Assembly (NCBI GenBank): GCA_964361705.1
Contig: CAYIBP010000002.1
Coordinates: 12,435 to 76,434, forward strand
DNA from: an uncultured Candidatus Saccharibacteria bacterium
GTDB taxonomy: Bacteria > Patescibacteriota > Minisyncoccia > Phycocordibacterales > UBA9973
Reading direction: 5' to 3'
Length of the DNA: 64,000 nucleotides
Position 1 is the stretch's first letter. Each line of letters opens with the position of its first letter. The translations under genes were made by a program, and so were the position numbers. The notes under the pieces were generated by a model. It did not search any database. It worked only from the letters and a program-made list of their open reading frames with translations, and had not been told where the DNA came from. Shown piece by piece: positions 45,622-54,724 of this stretch.

Positions 45622-46632
45622 TTATTTAACCAAGTTAATAACCTGACCAGAGGCAAAGCTTTTTATGTTTTCGGCAGTGGTTTTCATAATATTAAAAACA
45701 GCTTCTTTTGTATTAAAAGCAATGTGCGGGGTCACGATAACATTTTCCATATCTAAAAGCATCTTGTCTTTTAATAAAATCGAATAACTTGCCAGTTCTT
45801 TATTTACAGATTCACCCGTCAATATTCCCGGCTCTTCTTTTAATTCTTTTTCATCTTCCAACACATCTAGGCCAGCACCAGCAACCATGCCGTTTTTTAG
45901 AGCCATTACTAGAGCATCAGTATCTATCAATTCCCCTCGCGCAGTATTGATAATGTAAGCGTCTTTTTTTAGAAGAGAGATATTTTTTTCATTTATGAGA
46001 TGGTGATTTTCCTTGGTATATGGAGTATGCAGTGTCAATATGTCAGCTTCACTCATGACTTGATCTAAATTCTTGTATTCAAAAGCATGTTCTTTGGCAT
46101 ATGGCATATCTGGATACAAATCGTAAGCAACCACATTCATACCAAAACCTTTTGCGATTTTAACCACATTTTTGCCAATCTTGCCGGTACCTACCACTCC
46201 CAATGTCTTGCCACATAATTCAAATCCTTTAAGATGTTCAACATTGAAATATCCTTTGGTCCTCAAATGATTCGCGGAGTCATTTATTTTTCTTGATAAA
46301 CCTAAAATGAGAGCAAAGGTAAACTCTGCCACAGTATTGGAACCGTACGCTGGCACATTGGAAACTTTTATTCCCTTGGTCTTCGCATAATCACAATCGA
46401 TGTGATCAAATCCAGTCGAGCGAGTAGCAATAAACTTCAAACTTGGCAGACTGTCTATGACTGTTTTATCTACAGAAGAATTCACGAAAACTGAAACAAT
46501 CTCTGCTCCATCAGCTTTTGTGATATTTTTTTCATCTATATAGTCCTCAATGAAAACAAGTTCGTCTTTTGGCAAAAGTTCCTTAAAAGTTTCCTGTTCT
46601 AATTTTGTAGCTTCAAAAAAGGCTATTTTCAT
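45622..46632 (-). CDS. D-isomer-specific 2-hydroxyacid dehydrogenase
   Basis: NAD-binding motif GVVGTGKIGK and catalytic R/E/H positions. Confidence 0.8.
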   Translation of the reverse strand: MKIAFFEATKLEQETFKELLPKDELVFIEDYIDEKNITKADGAEIVSVFVNSSVDKTVIDSLPSLKFIATRSTGFDHIDCDYAKTKGIKVSNVPAYGSNTVAEFTFALILGLSRKINDSANHLRTKGYFNVEHLKGFELCGKTLGVVGTGKIGKNVVKIAKGFGMNVVAYDLYPDMPYAKEHAFEYKNLDQVMSEADILTLHTPYTKENHHLINEKNISLLKKDAYIINTARGELIDTDALVMALKNGMVAGAGLDVLEDEKELKEEPGILTGESVNKELASYSILLKDKMLLDMENVIVTPHIAFNTKEAVFNIMKTTAENIKSFASGQVINLVK

Positions 46633-46691
46633 ATTTTATTCAAATGTTATATATACAATATAATTATATCACAATGCAAATCCTGAGCTTC

Positions 46692-47069
46692 TTATTTAAA
46701 CCATTTACTAAAAAAGTAAAGAAATGAATTTTGGTGTTCTTTTTCTTCGGTATTATTTGGCTTTTCTTCTTCTACTATCAGTATCATACCCTCGCCTTCT
46801 TTGGCCAAACCAAACTTTTCTCTAATGCGCGCTTCCACTCCGCCTTCTGTATTCAACTTTGCTATATCAGCATTTAGTTTCTCTTTGGACTTTTCAAGGG
46901 AAGTAAGTTTTTCTTTCACGATCTGTTTATTTTTCTCAGTTTCTTTCATTTTGTTTACAAAACCAAATATATTGTAAGAAAAAAATACTATAATTACTCC
47001 CAAAAAAACAAGAAAAACCTTGGAATGCAGTGTTCTTTTTAAGCTTTTATTTTTTTGAAAATCGCGCAT
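46692..47069 (-). CDS. FtsB/DivIC-like septum formation initiator
   Basis: TM plus coiled-coil, and EARIREKFGLAKEGE. Confidence 0.5.
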   Translation of the reverse strand: MRDFQKNKSLKRTLHSKVFLVFLGVIIVFFSYNIFGFVNKMKETEKNKQIVKEKLTSLEKSKEKLNADIAKLNTEGGVEARIREKFGLAKEGEGMILIVEEEKPNNTEEKEHQNSFLYFFSKWFK

Positions 47070-47315
47070 GATATGCTACAATGATAGCATGTTTTTCAAC
47101 AAAAAATACCAGAAGAAATTGCAGTTTGTCTGGGCAGTTATTTGCGTCATTATCATCATAAGTATGATATTGCTCTATTCGCCTATATTTAGCCTGTAAA
47201 AATATCAAAGCTCAATCCTTAAGTTTTGATTTTTGCGAAAGAAAAATAAATCTTGCCAGAGCATTATCCTTATGACCTAACAGAGCAAGATTTGATTTTT
47301 CTGTAGCAAAAATTG

Positions 47316-49148
47316 CTATTTATCTCCCTGTCGCATCATTTTCAAGAAGACATCTTGAGTGATGTTTATTTTTGCGTTTTCTTTCATTTTTGCCTTACCC
47401 CTCTTTTGCTTTTCCAAGAGTTTTTTCTTTCTGCTAACGTCACCCCCGCCCACCACCTTGCTACCATGCATTAACACATCTTTACGAAAAGAAGACACAG
47501 ATTCCGAAGCGATAATCCTGCCGAGAGCCTGACCTTGTATCTTGAAAGCAAACTGTTGTCTTGGGATTATATTTTTCAACTTTTCTACTTGAGAACGCGC
47601 TTCTTCTTCGATTCTGCGTCTAGAAACAATTCTACAAAAAGCAACCATAGGCTCATCTGCTACTAATATATCCAGCCTCACCACATCAGCTTTTCTGTAT
47701 TCAGATATTTCATAAGAAAAAGAGGCATATCCAGATGTAATGCTTTTCAGATCATCAAAGAAATTGCGCATTAATTCACGCAGTGGCATTGCTAGTTTTA
47801 TCATCGATCTATTATCTCCAAATGTTTCCGTAGTTTCAACAATAGCTTCGTGATCAAATAAAAAAGGCATCAAGATACTTGTATATATTTGCGGAGTTAT
47901 AATCTTTACAGAAATCCAAGGTTCGTAAACTTCAGACACATTTCCGTCTTCTGGAAAAAAATGTGGAGAATATATTATCTGTTCTTTGTGATTTTTGAGG
48001 ATTACTTTATAGGTAATTGATGGCATAGTAACCACAAGATTTAAGTTGAATTCCCTTTTTAAACGCTCTGTAATTATCTCAAGATGGAGCATTCCTAAAA
48101 ATCCGCAACGAAAACCTTTACCTAAGGTACCAGACGATTCTTCTTCATAGGAAAAAGCCGAGTCAGAAAGTTTAAGTCTAGAAAGAGCAAGTTTAAGATC
48201 GGGGAAATTATCAGCGTCTTCTGGATAAACAGATGCCCAGACCACCGGCTTTGGATTCATATATCCAGGCAGAGATGGCATAGGTTTTTTACTAGATGTT
48301 ATCGTATCTCCGACAGACGCTATCCCCGGCTTTTTTATACCAGTGACTATGTATCCTATCTCTCCGGTACTTATAGAATCCTTCGGATTTTCTTCGGGAG
48401 AAAATATACCAACTTCTAAAGCCGAGAATTTTTCGTTTGAAACAGCAAAAATCAAGGAATCACCTTTTTTTATTGACCCCTTGAAAAGTCTAACATATAC
48501 TATTACTCCTCTGTGATTATCATATTTAAAATCAAACACTAACGCCTGCGAGCTGTCTCTAATATCTTCTGTCGACACCGGAGCTGGTACTTTTTTTATA
48601 ACTTCTTCAAGCAAGTTTGCCACGCCATACCCAGTCTTGCCAGAAACTTCGAGAATACTGTCAGGATCAACATCTAAAAGCACAGCGACTTCCATCTTTA
48701 CTTCATCGATGCGCGCAAGAGGTGAATCTATTTTTGATAAAACAGGTATAATAGTAAGTCCGCTTTCCTTTGCCATCTCTAGCGTCGTAAAAGTCTGCGC
48801 TTGTACGCCTTGTGTGCTGTCTATAAGTAATATTGATCCTTCTACTGCTTTCAAGGCGCGAGAAACTTCATAAGAGAAATCTATGTGCCCAGGAGTGTCT
48901 ATGAGATTTAAAATATAATCTTGACCCTCGCTATTCTCGGGACTGTTCGCACTATAAACCATACGGACAGGTTGCATCTTTATAGTGATACCGCGTTCAC
49001 GCTCGAGCTCCATAGAGTCTAATACCTGATCCCGCATCTTCCTCTCGGGAATAGTGTGCGTGATCTCAAGCATTCTATCCGCCAAGGTACTCTTGCCATG
49101 ATCTATATGCGCTATTATTGAAAAATTTCTAATATTTTTTAAATCCAT
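47316..49148 (-). CDS. lepA: Elongation factor 4
   Basis: G-domain AHIDHGKSTLADR and the LepA C-terminal domain. Confidence 0.95.
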   Translation of the reverse strand: MDLKNIRNFSIIAHIDHGKSTLADRMLEITHTIPERKMRDQVLDSMELERERGITIKMQPVRMVYSANSPENSEGQDYILNLIDTPGHIDFSYEVSRALKAVEGSILLIDSTQGVQAQTFTTLEMAKESGLTIIPVLSKIDSPLARIDEVKMEVAVLLDVDPDSILEVSGKTGYGVANLLEEVIKKVPAPVSTEDIRDSSQALVFDFKYDNHRGVIVYVRLFKGSIKKGDSLIFAVSNEKFSALEVGIFSPEENPKDSISTGEIGYIVTGIKKPGIASVGDTITSSKKPMPSLPGYMNPKPVVWASVYPEDADNFPDLKLALSRLKLSDSAFSYEEESSGTLGKGFRCGFLGMLHLEIITERLKREFNLNLVVTMPSITYKVILKNHKEQIIYSPHFFPEDGNVSEVYEPWISVKIITPQIYTSILMPFLFDHEAIVETTETFGDNRSMIKLAMPLRELMRNFFDDLKSITSGYASFSYEISEYRKADVVRLDILVADEPMVAFCRIVSRRRIEEEARSQVEKLKNIIPRQQFAFKIQGQALGRIIASESVSSFRKDVLMHGSKVVGGGDVSRKKKLLEKQKRGKAKMKENAKINITQDVFLKMMRQGDK

Positions 49149-49163
49149 GGATATATAAATTCC

Positions 49164-50924
49164 CTACTCCAAAAACCCGCAAGTCTGATGTTGCCACAAG
49201 CTCGCGTATGTCTTGCCTCTCTTCCTCAATTCTTCGTGAGTGCCTTCTTCTATTATCCTACCATTATCAAGGACGATAATCCTATCCATCTTTTGAATAG
49301 TAGAGAGTCTGTGCGCTATGACCAAAGTAGTTTTACCCTTCATTAATTCGCTTAAAGCTTCTTGAATATATGACTCGCTTATACTATCCAACGAACTAGT
49401 AGCCTCATCTAGCACAAGTATCGGAGCGTTTTTCAGCATTGCTCGCGCTATGGCGACTCTTTGTCTTTCACCACCAGAGAGCTTCACACCTCTTTCACCA
49501 ACCAGAGTGTCGTAACCATTGGATAATCCTGAAATAAATTCATGGGCATGGGCTTTTTTAGCCACAGAGATAATCTCTTCCTCTGTGGCATCTGGTTTTG
49601 AGTAGCTGATATTTTCTTTGATTGTTCTATGGAAAAGTATTGATTCTTGAGGTACATAAGAAATAACACTTCGCAAGTCGTCTTGGGATATTTTTGAAAT
49701 ATCCTGTCCATCGATCAAGATTTGACCACTGTTTACATCCATAAATCGCAATAACATTTTAGTGAGAGTGGTTTTCCCTCCGCCAGAATGACCCACCACG
49801 CCTACTCGTTCTCCTTTGTTTATTTTCAAATTAAAATCCTTAAACACAACTTTATCTTCTATGTATCCAAAAGAAACATCACTAAATTCCACAGTACCTT
49901 CTTTTACCCTAAGGCTCTCTGGATTCGTAACATCTTTTATGTCGATTTCTGTTTCAAAAATATCAACAACTTCTTTTACATCAGCCATAGATTTCATAAA
50001 CTTTGTAATACCTTCTGACAGATCCCAAATACGATCAAAAATAGATGAAAGATAAGCGTAAACCAGCACAAAAATACCTAGAGTTATTTTATCCTGCATC
50101 CAAAGATTGATCATGGTATAAAGTATAAATATTTCGAATGATACTATAAAAGCAGCTTGAAAAGCTCCTCGAATAAAACCAAACCTTGAGGCATTGTAAG
50201 TACTGTCTTTGAGTAAAGTACTCCATCTTCCTAGATAAGAATACTCTCTATTAAAAGAAGAGAACATTTTTACATTGAGTATGTTTGTAATAGAATCAGC
50301 CAATACTCCAGTTATAGAGGAATCAGCCTCAGCTTCTTTCATATCCAGTTTAATCTTCTGCCGCACAAACAATAGGACCAGAAATGAATACACAGAAACC
50401 CAAATCAGCAAATATAATGTCAGTATCTTGGAATTGAAATAAATACTTATTATTGAACCTATCACCATCGTAATGATAGGCAAAAATACATTTGTAATCT
50501 GATTTTCGATCACTGTCGTTGCCCCAACCAAGCGTTTCACTTTGGCAACCAAACTACCTGCAAAATTATTTGCGTAAAATTTATATGAATGCTTTGCAAG
50601 CTTAGAAAAAGAGAAATCATATATATCTTTAATTACTCTGCTCCTGAACCTCAGAACGATAAAATCTCGATAACGCGCGCAAAAAACAGCTAAAACATAT
50701 CCGGTGACGATGACAAGAAGAGAAGCCAAAGCGATGTCTAATCTACTTGCCTTATCTACGCCCATCAGGCTCAATGCATCTATTATACCCTTGTAACCGT
50801 AAGGTATTATAATAAAATAAAAAATCGTTCTGAAAACAACAACAAAAGATAAAGCAGAAAAGGCGACCTTATATGGTCTGACAAAGATCCACAAATATTT
50901 AAATATCTTCTTAAACGAAAACAT
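49164..50924 (-). CDS. ABC exporter (fused permease-ATPase, MsbA-like)
   Basis: Six TM helices. Walker A GHSGGGKTT, signature LSGGERQR and Walker B ILVLDEATS. Confidence 0.85.
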   Translation of the reverse strand: MFSFKKIFKYLWIFVRPYKVAFSALSFVVVFRTIFYFIIIPYGYKGIIDALSLMGVDKASRLDIALASLLVIVTGYVLAVFCARYRDFIVLRFRSRVIKDIYDFSFSKLAKHSYKFYANNFAGSLVAKVKRLVGATTVIENQITNVFLPIITMVIGSIISIYFNSKILTLYLLIWVSVYSFLVLLFVRQKIKLDMKEAEADSSITGVLADSITNILNVKMFSSFNREYSYLGRWSTLLKDSTYNASRFGFIRGAFQAAFIVSFEIFILYTMINLWMQDKITLGIFVLVYAYLSSIFDRIWDLSEGITKFMKSMADVKEVVDIFETEIDIKDVTNPESLRVKEGTVEFSDVSFGYIEDKVVFKDFNLKINKGERVGVVGHSGGGKTTLTKMLLRFMDVNSGQILIDGQDISKISQDDLRSVISYVPQESILFHRTIKENISYSKPDATEEEIISVAKKAHAHEFISGLSNGYDTLVGERGVKLSGGERQRVAIARAMLKNAPILVLDEATSSLDSISESYIQEALSELMKGKTTLVIAHRLSTIQKMDRIIVLDNGRIIEEGTHEELRKRGKTYASLWQHQTCGFLE

Positions 50925-50954
50925 CTTGTGATTCTAGCAGAAAAAGCCTTTATT

Positions 50955-52634
50955 TCAAAGCTCTTCTTGCGGTGAAGCGAGTACTTTGGTGCGCCAGAAT
51001 TTGGTTTTGAGGGTTTCTGTAAGGTCTTTTAGTTCTTCATTTTTCAATACATGCAAGACAAAAATGCCGGCGCATATGCCAAGAATCCCAGAAATAAATC
51101 CCTGTAAGAATATTCCAACAAAAGTATCTATGTCAAACACGTGTGAAAATACATTGAGACTTAAATAAGACACAAGACCTAGTACAAAAGAGGCGCCGAG
51201 ACTTTGAAAAAATGTTTTAAATATCAAAGACTCATTGTTCATCAAGTCTCTTTTTACAAAGATCAGATGTAGAATAAAATTTAATATAACCCCCACAGAA
51301 TACGCAAGAGGAAGCATTAAAACTTCTGTGCCTTTTATATCTGTTACTTTCAAAAGCGATTCTATAAAATATCTGAAAAAGGGAACATCATGAAAAACTT
51401 TCAGAAAAATATAAGACAATGCAACAATCACAATCGAAGAAAATAAGTTGATATAAAGAGGTCTTTTAGTGTTATTCATAGCATAATACGCACGAGAAAG
51501 CAGAGCCACCATACCCTGTGCCAAAACAGAAATAGAAAAAATAGCCAGAGACGCGGCGACAAGTTTGGTATTATCCCAAGTAAAATTGCTAGAACCCAAT
51601 ATCACGCGCACTATTTGCGCGCGAAGCACTATAAAAAGAAAAACAATGGGTAAAGACCAAAAAACTATTTGTCTCGCAGTGGATTTTAGATGGTTTTTAA
51701 ACTCGCTATCTTTTTGTCCTGAAAAGGATTTCACTAGAGTAGGAAATGCCGCTACAGCATAAGAGATACCTATGATATTAAGTGGCACAGATTGCAAACT
51801 AAAAGAAAGATTAAAAATAGAAATAGATCCTTCTGAAAGATATGAAGCAAAAGCTATGATGGCAATGAGGGTGATATTATTAAAAGAAAGTCCCAAAGTG
51901 CGAGGCAATGAAGTTAAAGCAATCTTTTTTATTTCCGTAAAATCAATATTTGAAGTAAATTTCATAGAAAAACCGCATCCAGAAGAAGCAAAAAGTTGAA
52001 TCAAAAAATGCATCAATGCACCTAAAACTACTCCAAAAACAAGCCCTTTCACTCCAAACAATGGCGAAAGAAATACAACACCTATTATTATGCCTAAGTT
52101 ATAAAATATAGGACTCAAAGAATATAAAAAGAACTTTTTAAAAAGTTGAGTGATGGTACCGAAAAGATTTGATAGTCCTAAAAGTATCGGAGAAAGAAGC
52201 ATGATTCTTGAAAACAAAATTACTTTCTCCTGCATATCATCAGTAAAACCAGGAGCAACAAACGAAATTATAAAAGGCATAAATAAAAAAACCAATACAG
52301 AAACAAACACTATAGCGAAAAAAAACACCGTAAACACTTCATTCAAAAGCTTGCGCGCATTGTCTGTCACTTTATCTCCATCCATTTTATTTACAATAAA
52401 AGGTATAAGCACCATGATAGAGGCAAGAGATGCTATGGATATAAATATCAGATCTGGCACACGAAAAGCCGTATAATAAGCGTCCAGTGACGCAGACGGT
52501 CCTATAAAATGAGCTATAAATCTATCACGAAAGAGCGCTAGTATTTGAGACAGGAATGTAAAACACCCCAAAAGCAGAGCAGCCTGGTTTATATTTCCAT
52601 ATTCTCTGCTAAAAATCTTCAATATTTTCTGCAT
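50955..52634 (-). CDS. murJ: Lipid II flippase MurJ
   Basis: MviN/MurJ N-terminus and 14 TM helices. Confidence 0.85.
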   Translation of the reverse strand: MQKILKIFSREYGNINQAALLLGCFTFLSQILALFRDRFIAHFIGPSASLDAYYTAFRVPDLIFISIASLASIMVLIPFIVNKMDGDKVTDNARKLLNEVFTVFFFAIVFVSVLVFLFMPFIISFVAPGFTDDMQEKVILFSRIMLLSPILLGLSNLFGTITQLFKKFFLYSLSPIFYNLGIIIGVVFLSPLFGVKGLVFGVVLGALMHFLIQLFASSGCGFSMKFTSNIDFTEIKKIALTSLPRTLGLSFNNITLIAIIAFASYLSEGSISIFNLSFSLQSVPLNIIGISYAVAAFPTLVKSFSGQKDSEFKNHLKSTARQIVFWSLPIVFLFIVLRAQIVRVILGSSNFTWDNTKLVAASLAIFSISVLAQGMVALLSRAYYAMNNTKRPLYINLFSSIVIVALSYIFLKVFHDVPFFRYFIESLLKVTDIKGTEVLMLPLAYSVGVILNFILHLIFVKRDLMNNESLIFKTFFQSLGASFVLGLVSYLSLNVFSHVFDIDTFVGIFLQGFISGILGICAGIFVLHVLKNEELKDLTETLKTKFWRTKVLASPQEEL

Positions 52635-52650
52635 CTTTATCTATCTGATA

Positions 52651-54702
52651 TTATTTTAAAGAATTCACATATTGGGCCAATTCTTTATTATCTGGAGCCA
52701 GAGAAAGTGCCTGCTCTGCATAAGAAAGCGCAAGATTTCCATTACCATCCTTTTTTTCTATTTGGGAAGATGTTATTAACGCCTCCAAATAATCTGGCTT
52801 AAGAGCTAAAGCTTCTTTGGCATATTTCCTTGATTCTCCTATATTCCCTTCCGCAAAGAATATTCTGGCAATGGAAAGCTTTATTCCTGGATTCAAAGGG
52901 TTAAGAGAAATTGCTTTTTTGAAAGATTCTACAGCCTTTGGATAGACATCTTTTACTCCGAGCAAGCCTAAAGTGTGATACACAACTCCTAAGGTACTAT
53001 AATTCAAATAATTTCCATTATTATATTCTATAGCCATTTCAGCGCTCTTGACTGCTTTATCAAAACTAACTTGAAGATCAGCTTTGTCTTTTTCGGATAA
53101 AGATGATCCTTTGCCAACCAAAGTATCTATCTTTGTCAGATGTACCTGGGTATAAGTGCGCAAATATAGATCATTTGTATGTAGAGAAATTGCCTTTTCT
53201 ATAGCACTTTCTGCTATTTGTATATCAGAGGCTGTTAAGACTTTTCTGAAATAAGAAACAGAAACTAATCTTTCCACAAATTTAAATGCGGCAGCTACGG
53301 AGAAAATCATCAAAACAACCAAAAAGACGATCGAGAAGAAACTTTTTCGTGGATCATCTAAAAATGAAATTGAAATTTTCTTGTCCTCTCTGTCTGAAAC
53401 AGACAATCCGACAAAAATACCAGTAAAAGCAAAAGCGAGTAACAAAACAACACTTCCAGTAGAATAAAAGAAGGCCGCAACAAAAAGATAAACTGATGCT
53501 ATAAAGAAAGCTGATGCCTCCCAATTTATATTTTTTCTGATACTTAAAAATAGTGATCGTAATCCCATAAATATCAATATCACAAAAAATATCAACCAAG
53601 CAACAATACCGAGAATTCCGTTTGTCGCAAAAAATGTAGGTAAGATACCAGAAGCAACGCTAAATTGGGTATCCCAAAAACCGGTTAGATTTATAGAGCC
53701 TGGTTTGTAAAGTCCCCAAACATCTGCAAATTTATTTGGACCAACTCCCAAAATAGGGTCCTTTGCTATAACATTCCCAGTGATAGACGTAGTCACCTGA
53801 AATGTGGGCCTTATTTCAGTGGATGAAAGACCTAGACGATCTGGCAGTATACGCCCTATGGATTGTCCGGACATCAAGAAGAACAAAGACAGCATAACAA
53901 CGATGAAAGAAAACAATGGGAAGCGTCTCTTTTCTCCTTCTATTTGTTTCAAACTAAAAGAAAAAAGCACTTTATAAACAAAAATAACAAGAGCGAAAAC
54001 TCCCACAATAGCCCATACAAGAGAGAAATTCACAACTGCTGTCATGGCTATTGATAAACAAATCAGAATTACAAGCAAGAACTTGCTCATTTTTTTCGTA
54101 GAGAAAAACTCTATCATGAACAAAAACATAGTGGTGAAAAATCCAGCAAACAATCCAAAAGTATTCCATGAACCCAAAATATTGTCCGTCTTGCTGACAA
54201 GAGAGCCAAACGAGAGGACATCCGGAACAAAAAGACGCAACGCTTGGAATATGAATAGAATCACTGAAAAAATCGCAATCCCCACAAAAACTTTTTTCGC
54301 TTTTTTAGCATTACCAAAAAGTATTGAAGAAAACAACATCAACAAAAAAGCTACAAGCATAAAATATACTGTTCCAATATCGAGTATGACTCCAAAAAAA
54401 GAAGCGCCTATAGTAGAAGAAAACAATCCTGAAAGAAAAACGGAAAGCAAAATACCCAATCCAGATACTAAAATCCAAGACTTTGGCATAAGAATCTTTC
54501 CATCTTTAAACCTGGCAACTACCCAAAATGTTATAGAAATAGTGAGTCCTAACACCACCAACAACCCCTTTGAGGCTTCAACCGGGATATTGGTAAATGG
54601 TAAGAAGAAAACTGGTAAAAGTATTATTACTAAAAATAACGATAAGAAAGAAATTCTATCTAAAATATTTGATAACATATTACTATATAATACTACACGC
54701 AA
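52651..54702 (-). CDS. Polytopic membrane protein (O-antigen ligase/Wzy-like) with a C-terminal TPR domain
   Basis: About 12 TM segments followed by TPR repeats (ALKPDYLEAL...). Confidence 0.55.
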   Translation of the reverse strand: MRVVLYSNMLSNILDRISFLSLFLVIILLPVFFLPFTNIPVEASKGLLVVLGLTISITFWVVARFKDGKILMPKSWILVSGLGILLSVFLSGLFSSTIGASFFGVILDIGTVYFMLVAFLLMLFSSILFGNAKKAKKVFVGIAIFSVILFIFQALRLFVPDVLSFGSLVSKTDNILGSWNTFGLFAGFFTTMFLFMIEFFSTKKMSKFLLVILICLSIAMTAVVNFSLVWAIVGVFALVIFVYKVLFSFSLKQIEGEKRRFPLFSFIVVMLSLFFLMSGQSIGRILPDRLGLSSTEIRPTFQVTTSITGNVIAKDPILGVGPNKFADVWGLYKPGSINLTGFWDTQFSVASGILPTFFATNGILGIVAWLIFFVILIFMGLRSLFLSIRKNINWEASAFFIASVYLFVAAFFYSTGSVVLLLAFAFTGIFVGLSVSDREDKKISISFLDDPRKSFFSIVFLVVLMIFSVAAAFKFVERLVSVSYFRKVLTASDIQIAESAIEKAISLHTNDLYLRTYTQVHLTKIDTLVGKGSSLSEKDKADLQVSFDKAVKSAEMAIEYNNGNYLNYSTLGVVYHTLGLLGVKDVYPKAVESFKKAISLNPLNPGIKLSIARIFFAEGNIGESRKYAKEALALKPDYLEALITSSQIEKKDGNGNLALSYAEQALSLAPDNKELAQYVNSLK

Positions 54703-54724
54703 ACGTTATTTAACAATAACAACT